Positions 21,882 to 33,937 of a DNA stretch of 45,743 nucleotides are shown here, piece by piece. The stretch covers positions 1 to 45,743 of the forward strand of contig JYFJ02003168.1 in the NCBI GenBank assembly GCA_000934665.2. Reading direction: 5' to 3'. Numbering within the stretch: the first letter of the stretch is position 1; each line of letters begins with the position of its first letter. The DNA comes from Catajapyx aquilonaris. Lineage: Eukaryota. A program made the translations under genes and the position numbers. Under the pieces are notes generated by a model. That model was not told the origin of the DNA. It saw only the letters and a list, made by a program, of their open reading frames with translations, and made no database searches.

Positions 21882-24800
21882 ATGATCATCCTGGTGGCAG
21901 CCTCGGTGGTCCTGGCCTTCGTGGCGGGGGTTGCGGTGACGCTGCTCCTGGAGTGGGTCTTCCTGCAGCGCTGCCTCAGGGAGGACGACGTGCCCAAGCC
22001 GACCAACGACGCGGCCGCCTTCCAGCTGCCGGCCGTCCTCTCCGAGCTGGTCAAGAACGGATCCATTGCCGAGCCAGAGTCCTGCCGGGCGCTCAACCTG
22101 CTGTGCCAGTTCATATTCAAGGAGCTGCGCAACACGGAGAAGGTTCGCAAATGGTTCCTGCGCAAGCTGAGCATGGAGTTCGAGGACCTGATCACCAAGA
22201 CCACCACTGGGAAGCTGTTTGATAGCGTCGCCATCCGGTATCTGCACCTCGGTACGCAGTTTCCCGTACTGACGGACGTGCGAGTCGAGAACGTCAAGTT
22301 GCATCAAGGAGGCCATATCGAAACGCTTGATCTCAACGTTGGGGTTGAGTACCTCGGCGGATTCCAGCTGGCGGTGGATTGCTCCATGAAGCTCGGAAGG
22401 TCTGCGTATCTCTCGGTGACTGTCACGCACTTGTCCGGACGTGCCAGGCTACGCTTCACACGCATACCCTACTCGCACTGGTCCTTTTCATTCGTATCTG
22501 AACCTGTGATGGAGCTCAAAGTTGAGTCGCAGTTTCAGGGCCGTCCACTATCACAAGTCACAGCCATCATCGCCAGCCAGATACGACGAGCCGTGCGGAA
22601 GAAGCACACACTGCCAAACTTCAAAATGCGCTACAAGCCATTCTTCACAAAAATGGACGCAGCCGCCATGCTGTACGCAACACCCGTGGCGTCGGAAGTA
22701 ATCAAGGTCACACCCGGATCTTTGGAGGTCGTCGTCGTGGAACTGACCCGCTTGCCAATAGAGGAATCCAAGGCTGCGGCCAAAGCGGCCGCCGGATCTG
22801 TGGTCAGTCCGGTGGGAATGGCCCTTTACTGCACCGCCGCAATAGGACGAGTTCCATGGGTGTCGCTGACCGTCGGGGAGCAAAGCGGCCAGGTCGTGCT
22901 GGATTTAAGCGTGGTCAAACGTGGAGCGACATCAGGTCACACCGCAGCGGCCATCGTGGAAGCGACTGTCGGGGTCATGTTTCGGCAGGAGTTTGATCTC
23001 GAAAGGGCACAACCGCGGGTCGCCATATCCAAAGTTGTGTCTGGGTCTGCTGCGGATAGAGCTGGGCTCCATCATGGCGACCTGGTCACGTCGGTTGGCG
23101 GACGGCCTGTGCGGCTGGTCTCCGAGGCTGTGAGGGCTGTCAGAGGCGCCAGAGACAAGTTCGGCCTGAGAGTTGAGAGGCGATGGGGGAATACGGCCAC
23201 CGCTTCGGGGCATCCAGGCGCGACTCTTACGGCAGGTCGTGGCGGGTCACTCCCTGGTTCGCCGACTGCTCGCGGACCACTTCCAATTGGGCTGCGGCAT
23301 CGACGAAGGTCGCCAGATATTGGTAAGTTACGTCGACGGTTGAGAAACGCAATAATTAACTCCGATCATTCCAGCCAAAGATATAGACAACGAAAGTAGT
23401 TCGTCCCAGTCCTCGTCACAAGCCGGTTCGCCTTCGAAGCGCGACCATGGGGATCATGTCCGCCGCGCATCAGCCGAGGGCAGCCCATCCGCACCGACCG
23501 ATCCGGACAGTTCCACCGAGTGGCAGCACACAGAAGTCCGTTCGACCTCTCACAAGCCAGCCTCGCTGGACGTCCACTTTGAAGAAACCCTTCTGCTGCG
23601 AGTCGCCAACGGGGACAGATACTTAAACCTATGCGTCTGGATGCAGCCGGTCAGTCCCGCCTCCAGGTCACCAAGTTCGACCCCATCGGCTCCTCCGACA
23701 CCATGGGAACCGGTTAATCACGGCAGGCCTGTACTGATAGGCCGACTGAACGTCCCACTTGCTGCGATCGCCGCCGACTGTAGCACCTCGACTATCGGCC
23801 ATTACGTGAAGGACTTTTTACTTGTGCCACCCGAGCCATCTCCCAATATCGGGTACGTACGTGTCGGGGTTTTACATTTGCAGTACATAACGACAGTTTC
23901 GATTCCAGACTGAAAAATACGCTGAGCTCACACTCTGGATTTGAAGCTTGCATGTGCTACGGCGACATAACGCTGTCGTTCATGTACAGACGCGACTCTT
24001 CTCCTTCGCCGCACCCTGGCAGTCCGACACCAAATTCCCACTTGTCCGCGCCCCCCACGACCCCATCGTCATCGCCAACACCGTCGCCATCTCCAACCCC
24101 AACGCACCCAGGCAGCACCGGTGGAAGCCCAAAGAGAAGCCTGGATGGCGAAGAGACACTTCCGGGACTGGCGCAACAGCACGACTTCCTTCGCACTCAC
24201 TTCCACTCAGCGACACAGTGCGAGTTTTGCCTTAAGAAGGTCTGTACCCGCAATTGCGTTTGAGCTGCGACTAACTTGGGCTTTTTCCTGATCAGATTTG
24301 GTTGAAGGATGCATATCGATGCCGTGCCTGCTCGCTGACCTGCCACAAGAAGTGTGTTGCCAGATGCCAGGCCAACACTGTTTGCTCGCCCAGGGGCAGC
24401 CCTGGGGCCGGGGAAGGATCAAACGCAAGTGCAGGAGACCAGGTCCTGCAGGTGGAGATCGCACAGGAGCCGGGACAAAAGCCGGATTCGCTCGAGTTTG
24501 TGCAGCCTACCGTCCGAATCTTACCGACCACACCTCAGGTATGTCGCAACGACATGCTGACAGTACAGTGTATTCAACCAGCTTTGTTTGTAGAGTGGTC
24601 GTCGCACTGTGAGCAGCCTGCTGGCGACCATGGCCGACCTGGCCGCAAGCCAGTCATCTCGTCACAGCAGCGGCACCAACTTAAAGCGAGCCGGATCCGC
24701 CACCTGCCTGGCCCCTCCGCAACCTGGTACCGGACAAGGGGCAGGCCCAGGGGCAAGTCTGGGGGCAGGAATGGGAGCAGGAGACCCCCTGCAGATGTCC

Positions 24801-26749
24801 AGAAGCCTTCCGCCTTCTCCGCAACACTCGCCAACCGCGAGCAGGAAGGTAAAAAAATAAAAGCGCAGGACCGTTCGACATTTTGCACTTTTTGAATTTC
24901 CTGTAGGCATGTTTTTTGTGTCTTTTTTTTGTTCGCAGATTTTTGGTTTGCTTCATATTAGAAGTCCTTCCGATTCCAGTGATTATTTTCATTGATGGCT
25001 GCAAATGGGGGCATCTGTGAAGATAATCAGAGAAAAATAACGCACTCACTCCCCCATGTATGTACTTAAAACACTAACAATTGCATGTTGTGGTACCAAC
25101 ACGTATTTTGATTGACGTCCCAATTATTTGTGAGCACCACCGGAATACTTTCGCCGTTTTAATTATTTAAATGTGACCGCTCAGTTGTATCAAATTAACG
25201 GAAATTCTGCTGTGATAATTGGCGATTTTCTTTTAATTTTTGTATGTACATGTCGGCCAATGAGCAATTGAAATTATAGATGGTTTAGCACGGAAAAGCT
25301 TTTCAGTTGGGTGGAGGTGTCAGCTGTCACGATTATCTAAATGTTTCCTGTTATTGCAAGTGTATCTTGACATGCAGCGATTAGCTCAGAGTACGATTAG
25401 ACAACTACTGTTGCGATAAAAATTATGTAATATTATGGGGCAATGTGCAGCCCCTGTAATCTCAGCTTCGTTTGATAACAAGACGGTCATGATGTTTGTT
25501 GCGGTAATGTGTTGCGTTGACGTAAACTAACACTAATAACAAGTGGTATGTGGTGACGTAATTGACTGTAAAATTGCTGGAATTTGTAGCGTCACGTACT
25601 ACTGCTTGTTTCATTTGTACATGTTTCCGTCATGTGTTACTCGATATGGTCCGGCTCAATACAAATTGTATGTTGCATGATTGTTCAGAAACATTGGAAA
25701 TGTGATTTACGCCACTTGCATTTTCACAATATTAAAAAAAATGATATTTACGAGTGGTTTGCTGCCAATTTTACATCTCGAGACATGTTCGTGATTACCG
25801 TATTTGACGGCATGAGACGCACTTTTTCCCCGCCGTAAATGGCTTGAAAATTCGGCTCATATGTACGAACTTTTTTCCGTGGCTTTTTATGATCAGCTGA
25901 AATGGGGCTGCGTCTTATATGCCTTCAAATACGGTACATGTTATTAGATGTCTATGGCCTGATATCCCGAACAGTAAATGTAAACTCGGTTCAAGTCCAG
26001 TTTAATCCCAGACTCGGAGCTGGGAATAAACCTGTTTTACATTTTAATCACTGTTCTAGAAATCGGGGGCAAATTGGACATTTGGGCGCATGTTTGATCT
26101 TTCCGTTTTGCTCTCCCGTAAGTCCTCCCTGACCTGTGATCCCCTGGAGCTACTGGAGCAGGTGTCCTCGATGGAAGAGGTGAGCGAATCAGTGATGGAG
26201 CGACTGGTGTCCAGTGCAAGTGACGAGAGGCTGGTGGCGGCTGCGAAGGAAGAAGGGAAGCGCCTCTACTCCGAACTCTCCCTGCCTCTCCGCAGGGAAA
26301 AGCTCGACGCAATGGTCAGTACAACTCAGATGTTAACAAACAGCATTTTTGATCGCAATTTCCCGCAGTTGAGCCGCCTGCAGAGTGCCGTTGACGTTGA
26401 GAGCGACCGAAGAGCCACGTTTGCTCGGATGATGGCAGGAAGCAGCACAGAAGAGAGAGCCAAGTCGACCTTCCTGGCCGCCAAGAGCGAGGAACGTCTG
26501 CAGGCGCTTGCCCTTCTCATGCTGTACTTCTGCACAGGCCTGCAGCACGTGCAGGATCTCGAGGATCAGATCAAGGTTAGCGTTTCATCTAATTTTACGT
26601 TTTACCCGAGACGTTTCATTGTCCTCGAGACGTGTCATTGTCCTCGAGACAATTCATCGTCCTCGAAACGTTTCATCATCCTCTTTTTATTGCAGAAAGA
26701 AGCTGCCAAAGTAGCTTCAGAAGCTTCGGAAGCCAATTCAGACGATTGA
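21882..26749 (+). CDS. PDZD8: PDZ domain-containing protein 8 (TM-SMP-C2/PDZ-C1-coiled coil), ~1066 aa
   Basis: Exons 21882-23322, 23375-23852, 23909-24239, 24296-24538, 24594-24848, 26123-26314, 26369-26575, 26696-26749, phases consistent (the 26123 acceptor is a weaker AAG). N-terminal TM; SMP (ALNLLCQFIFKELRNT...KKHTLPNFKMRYKPFF); PDZ (SAADRAGLHHGDLV); CYGDITLSF; C1 (HDFLRTHFHSATQCEFCLKKIWLKDAYRCRACSLTCHKKC); C-terminal QALALLMLYFCTGLQ. Confidence 0.93.
26607..26683. repeat. 19-bp minisatellite, about 4 copies, in the last PDZD8 intron
   Basis: Unit cgagacgtttcattgtcct and variants. Confidence 0.8.
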
Positions 26750-28526
26750 GAAAAAAATGTTAACCAAAAAAATATTTCTAGTGAGTGGTTCAAATTTAGG
26801 ACTCAAAGTTACCTGTCCCCTTTCCCCCCGTTGCCTGCACGTCCCCCATTTAAAAAAAAAAGAGACATATCAACTTCGGAGTGGACCCAGAGCTGTTGGC
26901 TGCCACTCATTTTTTTAAACGTTACGTCCCCGGAAAGAAGCATCGAGTGAAGAGAGATAAAAATGGCTGGTAGCGAATAGCAGTATGTATAGTTCATGCT
27001 TCCCCCCGTTTATAATAGTGATATTACTCGATGCCAGCCCCTCCCCTTTTAAATTTAAGTGAAGCACTCAATGTTGTGTATTTAATACTCGGTTTTACTT
27101 TTATGGAAGTGTTTTTATCTTCAGAGTTTATGGGATATTTTTTTGGGTTTAATTTAATTTAATTTTTTTTTAGAACCGATTCCAATTAATTTACAGCCAG
27201 TATTTATAAGCATTCCAAAGGCAGTGTACTGTGTTTACTTGCATATTAGACGAGTTTTTTTAATTTAACGGGGCATGTCTGGAGTTAATAAGCGCGCGTG
27301 TACTTGATGAGATTCGTTAGCAATATTGATAATAAAAATCAATACATCGAAAACCCCAATTTTGTGCAGATTATCCCCAATAATTACTCCAATCGCATTG
27401 TACGGGGTACTACGTGATATGTGCTTCAAAAAGTTGCATACGTAATTGAAAGCGTATAAAAGCGCTCCAGCTGCCGAATTTTTTTTTTGCGCCAAATTGT
27501 TTTCGCAATTTCTGGCGATAAGTGTTGCGTCTAGTTTGAAATTTCTCAAAGTTACTGCGAATGTCGTCTTATATGCAAGTAAATACATCAGTCGTGATTT
27601 TTTAAAAATGGTTGTGCATGCGTATAAAAACAAGCCGAAAGAAAGAAAAAAAAAGTATACATCGAATCTATATCATGTGTCCCCCCCACCCCTCCGCAAT
27701 AATGACACTCCAGTAGCGACTAGAAAATGTTGCACCGCAATTGTTTTGTAAAGAAGAGAAAAAAAAGGGCATTAAAAATTGATCGCCACTGATCAATTTT
27801 TCCATCTGTACAAACTCGTCTCCTTGTTTATTTAAGTGTTGGCGCCGGTTTTTATTCCTTCGGCAGGTGTGCAAATGGAGAAAAAGCACAGGTGTAATTT
27901 AGTTTTCCCCCCCTGCTATTCCCACCCTCTTCACCACCAGTTTCTCACTTTGCCCAAATCCACTCTATAAATCAATAATACATCAGAACACTTTTTCAAG
28001 TAGGGGGAGGGAAGAGAAGGTGCACGTTAAAAAAAAAAAACGGGAGAGAATTTGTGGGGCATTTAAATTCCCGCAGGCGTCCGGACAAGTTGAGAAGTAA
28101 GTTGAGCTCGAGCTATAAAGACGTGAGAAGCTTTCTTTTCCGCACCTCTTTTTGCCGCCTTGTATCCCACTCGTTTGCATATGAAATGTCATGCTAAATG
28201 GTTTAGCTCGCTTTCCGTGGCTTTCGTTCAAAAGTTGCATGCATGATTGAAAGTGTGTAAATACACCGACTAACCATCTTTTTCATCGCCATCGCTTAAT
28301 GGTCAGGCTGTATTCCGCAAACTTCGGTTAACTAAGCGCTAAACAAAATTCGCGGCTTGAGGGCCCCATAATGTAAATTGATCTTTGCCGAGTCAAACTT
28401 TACGGTCCCTTGAGATGATACTAGTTAGCCCAGTTTAGCTGCACTTAAATGTGATTTAAGTTTCAATGGAGAAGGTTTCTGATTTCCCCCTTAAAGGTCA
28501 TGTTGTAGCCTAATATATTCCAGCAG

Positions 28527-28866
28527 ATGCCAGGGGCAGATATGGGCGACAAGACGAACCCGTTTCTTCCTGAAAACCGTATCCCGCTTCCTCCGAGCGG
28601 TGCGGCCAGATCGTGTAACCCTCCCTGGAGCGACTCGGATGATTTTGCGTCTCTGTCCCCTTGCGTTGTCCGCAGGAGGAATGAGCGTGAGAGGGAAAGG
28701 GTTAGGATGGTTAACGCAGCCTTTGACAAGCTCAGGATGCACCTTCCTGTCGTTGAGGTGGGCCGAGGAGGGAAGCAGCATGGGAACAAAAGGCTCAGCA
28801 AAGTGGAGATGCTTCGGCTGGCCACCATCTACATCCAGCAGCTGCAACAAGCGCTGAAGGATTCAG
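28527..28866 (+). CDS. Achaete-scute-family bHLH transcription factor exon (ASC-b/ASCL3-5-like); gene ends uncertain
   Basis: VRRRNERERERVRMVNAAFDKLRMHLP...NKRLSKVEMLRLATIYIQQLQQAL. Acceptor-like ttccagcag before the ATG and donor CAG|GTACGT at 28867. Unspliced, the frame ends at 28928. Confidence 0.8.
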
Positions 28867-30226
28867 GTACGTATCTGCTGAACTCATCAGTCGTCACTCT
28901 TTCAGTGAGTCGCTCGAGAGATTTTTAATCGATGTTATTGCAATTTTCATACGCATTATTTAGCAAATAAATTGTACGTATCATCTGAAATGTTTTCTGG
29001 GATTGTCCGTGAAATATATCATGTTCGTTAAGGAGAGGACGAGGCCAGTGTGGCGCACTGTTATGTACGGCTTGGTTGTGCAGAATGCAGATTGGAATTA
29101 CGACATGCTCAAGTGCACTGATTAAATTGTGATTACTGAAAAATTTGCATACATATTGACTGGTCTTGAACTGTGGGATGCCCAGGGGCTTGCGGAAATG
29201 CAAAGGAAGGTCGGCACGTACGACTAACAGAGCTTTGAATTGCTCCGAGGAGATGTGAATCTGTCAGATGATTACATTCAACCTGTCGTATGCCGCGTGT
29301 TCCAGTTTGATTCTGACCAAAAGTTTCACGTTATTTATGAAACACCTTGTGTAATGTTACGTTGTTTCATCTGTGCAATACTTGTTCTTACGGCTGGAAT
29401 GAGCGTGCAGATTTGTTCTTGTCGAGTAATTTCCGGCTCGATGCAAATTCCCCCCCCGCCGATAACAATCTGGAATTAGCGTGACTCTGCCTTAATGATT
29501 AGGGTCCCCATCATTGCATTTTAATTACAGCGGTATATACGCATGTCGTTCGTATTTCTTCGGTATGTCATTCTCCAAAGTTTGGGAAGCAATAAGTTCT
29601 GGAGCTGAAAATTGAAGCTCCACCTCAAACATTTCCAACTTAATAACTCCCCCCTCCCCCCCTTCTCTTTAGTCCACAGGAAGGTCCCTGAAAATATGCA
29701 AATTTGCCCAATAACTCCCCCCCAGCCTCCCTCCCTCCCTCCCTCCCCACCGCAGCTAGTTATCTGCGAGGCGCAGATTGGAAGTCAGAAAAACGCATAG
29801 GCAGCGGAATATCCCTGATTGGACCTCCCCCGTGATAAAACCCAGTGCTCTCCCAAAAAACCAACAATCTCCCGACTAATTAATTAGTCCTCAGGGTTTT
29901 TGGACACTTTTGCTCCACCGCCCCCCATCCCCTCCGTGTGGTGGTGGGGGATCACCTATCTGTGGGTATCTGCGGGTGATGGGTTGTGTAATTTGTAAAT
30001 GACACCACGGCATAGTCAAAACCTGAGTGGTCATTGCATAGTAAGTAGGTGGCAGTGCGATGCATGCTGGGACAATATTTGAAAAGTGGGACATGTGTGG
30101 CTGTCACGAGATGATAGTGTCGTGCAGGGGACGGTTGAGGTTGTTACTTTGAAAATATGTTAACAAGTATGTGCTGTTGTATCGCACTAAAGGTGGTGGC
30201 TCAGCTATTGTGTGTTTAGCTAAAAT

Positions 30227-31026
30227 CGAGGGGTTAGTCACTTGATAGTGTACAACAGACTTCGACCGTTCTTCACGGACTTCAACCGGACTTCAACCAA
30301 ACTTCTCCTGGACTTCAGACAGACTTTATTGGACTGCACTGGACTTCACTGGACTTTAAGGAGTTCAACCAGACTTCACCTGGACTTCAGTCAGACTTCA
30401 ACCGGACTTTCAACTGGACTTCACCTGAGGATTTCAACGGGACTTCCAGGACTTCAACTGGACTGCAATCAAACTTCACTGGACTTTGACCGGACTTCAG
30501 TAGGAATTCAGCAGGACTTCAACTTGACTTTAAGGACTTCAACTAGACTTACCTGGACTTCAATCAGACTTCAACCGGACGTACCTGGATTTCAACAGGA
30601 CTTACAGGACTTCACCTGGATTTCACTGGACTTAAACCAGATTTCAACTGGACTTGACTGGACTTCAAGGACTTCAGTCTGACTTCAACTGGACTTCAGT
30701 CTGACTTCAACCGGACTTCACTGGATTTCAACAGGACTTCCAGGACATCAACCAGACTTCATTGGATTTCACTGGACTTCAACTGGACTTCAGTAGGACT
30801 TCACCTGGACTTCAAGGACTTCAACCAGACTTCATTGGATTTCACTGGACTTCAACCGGACTTCAGTAGGACTTCACCTGGACTTCAAGGACTTCAACTG
30901 GACTTCACTGGATTTCAACAGGACTTCCAGGACTTCAACTGCACTTCAGTAGGACTTCACCTGGACTGCAACCTGATTTTAAACTGTCCTTCAGTCTCTG
31001 TGACTTCACAAGTGACTAACCCCATC
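30227..31026. mobile_element. 800-bp Mutator-like (MULE) non-autonomous element filled with a GGACTTCA satellite
   Basis: Perfect 15-bp TIR core ggggttagtcacttg (30230-30244) / caagtgactaacccc (31009-31023). Exact 9-bp direct repeat AGCTAAAAT at 30218-30226 and 31027-31035. Confidence 0.85.
30257..30980. repeat. Simple-sequence array of GGACTTCA(ACT/CCT/CT/A) units, 9-11 bp
   Basis: Continuous ggacttca variants over ~720 bp. Confidence 0.95.
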
Positions 31027-32242
31027 AGCTAAAATTCGATTTTTTTTTCCCAGTAATGTCTATGGGACCATTTACTAGTACACATCACCAATGAAACTGG
31101 ACCGGGTGTAGACTGGGTCCACTATTTTGTGGCAACTGCGGATTCTCTTCAGATCTTCTGTATACTGTACTTGTGAATCGTAGTAAACCATTCGATTTCA
31201 ACCAAAGTATAGGGCGCTATAGAGTGAGTGAGTGTTGCGGCTGGCAGGCCACACAAGCCAGTCCCCGTCAGCTGTTGCTGATTTCGCGAGTTTAGTTTTG
31301 CAATATTGTGTTTAGAAGATTGACCCACTTTAACAGTCTGCAACGGTAATTGGAAACCCACTTTTTTTTAATGCAGACCCCCCTCCAGTAATAAGCAGGA
31401 ATCTCTAATGATGACGTCCCACTAATCACAATGGTTAAAACTCCCAGATTGATAAAGTCGTGTGTACATGACTGTAATTAACACGTTGCGAAAATTGGTG
31501 GCCAGTTGGAAATAGTATTGCAATCTGTTGGATTCGCAGAAAAGGAAAAGACTCACCTGCGTTCTGCATTCCACTCATTCTTCAATTCTTTTGTGTTATG
31601 CTCTGTGTATTTATTTTTTAATGTGCTGTTCTTTCATGTCAAGACTGTTTGTATTCTGTTTGAAGATTGCATTACCTCTCCTGGATTATCTTGGTATAAT
31701 CTTAATTACCATGGCATAAGGCTTTTTCTGTGTATTCCCCGTAATTTAATGGTTTACTGGCTTTATAATTTGTTCCCCTAGGATTATACAGTATTCCTGG
31801 GATGTCCAGAATTAAACCATGTGTTGCGTTCAAATCTGGTTATCTCGGATGTTGCGGATATTTGCTGATTACCGTGGACGCCTCTGGTCTGTTCTGGTTT
31901 ACCTGGAGTGTCTGTCGGCTTTAATATCTGGATTTCTTATCAATTTGCCAACATTATTAGCTCTTTGCTGCTCCTGGGTTATTTAAAAAATAACTCTGTT
32001 GGATTTTGCAGGTTTCCTCTTGATCATGCCAAATCCACCGGATATCCCTGTTTCGTCCGGGATGAGCCAACATGTTATAATTCCTTCTGATTACAGGGAT
32101 TTTGAAAAGATTCCCCCGAATTATCTGGCCTTTAATTTGATGGATTTTCCTGCCCAGTAACATGCGCTGTGAACACATGGAATCGTGATTGTATCTTTCC
32201 ATGAAGATATCTAATTGGCTAGTCTGTGCCTCTGTCCGTCAT

Positions 32243-32500
32243 GACTCATCACCAACGTGCATGTAGTACTCAAGGTGGCAGTAGCGTGCAGAGAGTGATG
32301 TGCCATCTATGTGTAGGACAAGGAACTGCGACGACTCATCCCCAACGTGCATGTAGTACTCAAGGTGGCAGTAGCGTGCAGAGAGTGATGTGCCATCTAT
32401 GTGTAGGACAAGGAACTGCGACGATTCATCACCAACGTGCTTGTAGTACTCGCACGATCCTGAGGGTGGCAGGAGCGTGCAGATGCGCCATCTATGAAAG
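32243..32500. repeat. 90-bp tandem repeat, ~2.7 copies
   Basis: Units start at 32243, 32333 and 32423; the first two are almost identical. Confidence 0.92.
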
Positions 32501-33639
32501 AAGGAATGAACTAGATAGACAGTGGTGGGGACATTATCATTATAACAATTGTTTATACAGTCAATTATGTGTAATTGGGTGTGCATAACGCTTCTCATTG
32601 GTTTAAAAGGGACTGTACTTTAAGTATTGTATGAACGAGGCGTATTTCCCACCGAGAGGCAACGTCCCTTGTTTTGTTCCGGACAGAGGCAAATAAAAGG
32701 CCTATTGTTGCCTCCCCGACTGGCACACGCTAATTGACAGTTTCGCAGGAGGATATCTTGGTGACAAACAATTTAGTGGACATCGATCCACCCTCCCAAA
32801 CCCCTTTTTGGGAGGACACTACCCTGCTCCCCACTTTTGTTTTATGCATCCTCCCCCTTCTGCCAGGCGCAAATGTGGGTGACGTCATCCTCCCTCCGGA
32901 GTTTAAAGTCAGCTTAATCAGCATTAATTAGTGTGTGGGGGGGGTGTGCACAGTACAATTTACTCCCCCTCCATCTCCCACAGGATCACAACCTGTTATC
33001 AATCCTGATATAAACGGGAGCCAGAGGGTACATCCTGGCCCAAAAAGGGAGACACACCCAGACATTTCAGGCCCCTACATTTTCAACTTGCAGAAGAAGC
33101 GAGCAGAGGCTTGCACTTTTATCAGATCCGCCTGTGCACAGTGCATTTCCCAGACGATGTTTATTTTTCCGTGTGATTATCGGTCCTGCCATGTTTACAG
33201 AGCGATCCATCACTCACTCACTCACTCACTCTCCTTTTTTTATATATACTTTGGAAAGCCTTTTCCTAAAGCCGCAAGCCGACGCCTAATTGGAAGGCGC
33301 GCCTCCGACGGAAGGCGACGCTTTTATGCACGGAAAGTACTCTCCCACCATGCCCATGCTCATCATTAACACATTCAATGCGAAACTACAGGGTGTCGCA
33401 CTCAGCCCTACACTACCCTCATTTAGAAGAAGAAAAACATGGCAACTGCACGTATAGGCTATATGCATCTGGAACGTCGTCCAAAATAACGCCTTATTGA
33501 CTAGTACACTCACTATATATACAGTGAGATTACCAGATATCACTGATAATGCCAACCGTGCCAGCTGCGCGAACTGTGGTGCGCACTGCCGCACACGGTT
33601 GCGTTCGTAACACAAGATTTGCAAACACAAATGAAGCGA

Positions 33640-33935
33640 GAGTGATTCGAGTAGACCTTTTCTCATTGCCAAGGAAATCCAAATTGGAGTAAAATGACAT
33701 GAAATGTCAGTCTCATTTCCTGTTTCCAAGGAGCTGCCTGTAGACTTTGACCTTGGCGGATAGAGTGAACCCGGAAAACAGGAAGTGGCCGGTCACCGGA
33801 TGTTGGCCATGAAACCTATTTAGGAGCCTCCGAATCCCGAAAACAGTTCGTTGATATCTCTTACGATTTATGACCTGATTCCTGACAGATGGAGAGAGCC
33901 GTTCTATAAGACTTTTTTTTGTATAGAAAAAGTCT
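33640..33935. mobile_element. Inverted copy of the 2600-3060 dispersed repeat
   Basis: Shares gattcgagtaga..ttttctcatt, tgtcagtctcatttcctg, ccttggcggatagagtgaacccggaaaac and ccgaaaacagtt. Confidence 0.7.
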
Positions 33936-33937
33936 AA

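Noticed and set aside
21780..24910. Antisense and alternative-frame ORFs over PDZD8 (similar ones overlie the IR, Rab9 and lipocalins)
   Set aside because: Shadow ORFs of GC-rich coding sequence.
30242..31032. ORFs of 146 and 65 aa
   Set aside because: Translations of the GGACTTCA satellite.
31500..32200. Strand-biased segment that might be a decayed transposon ORF
   Set aside because: Stops in the frames examined and no recognisable transposase or RT motif.
32226..32598. Cys/His-rich repeated ORFs on both strands
   Set aside because: Open only because the 90-bp unit is a multiple of 3; no domain or splice support.
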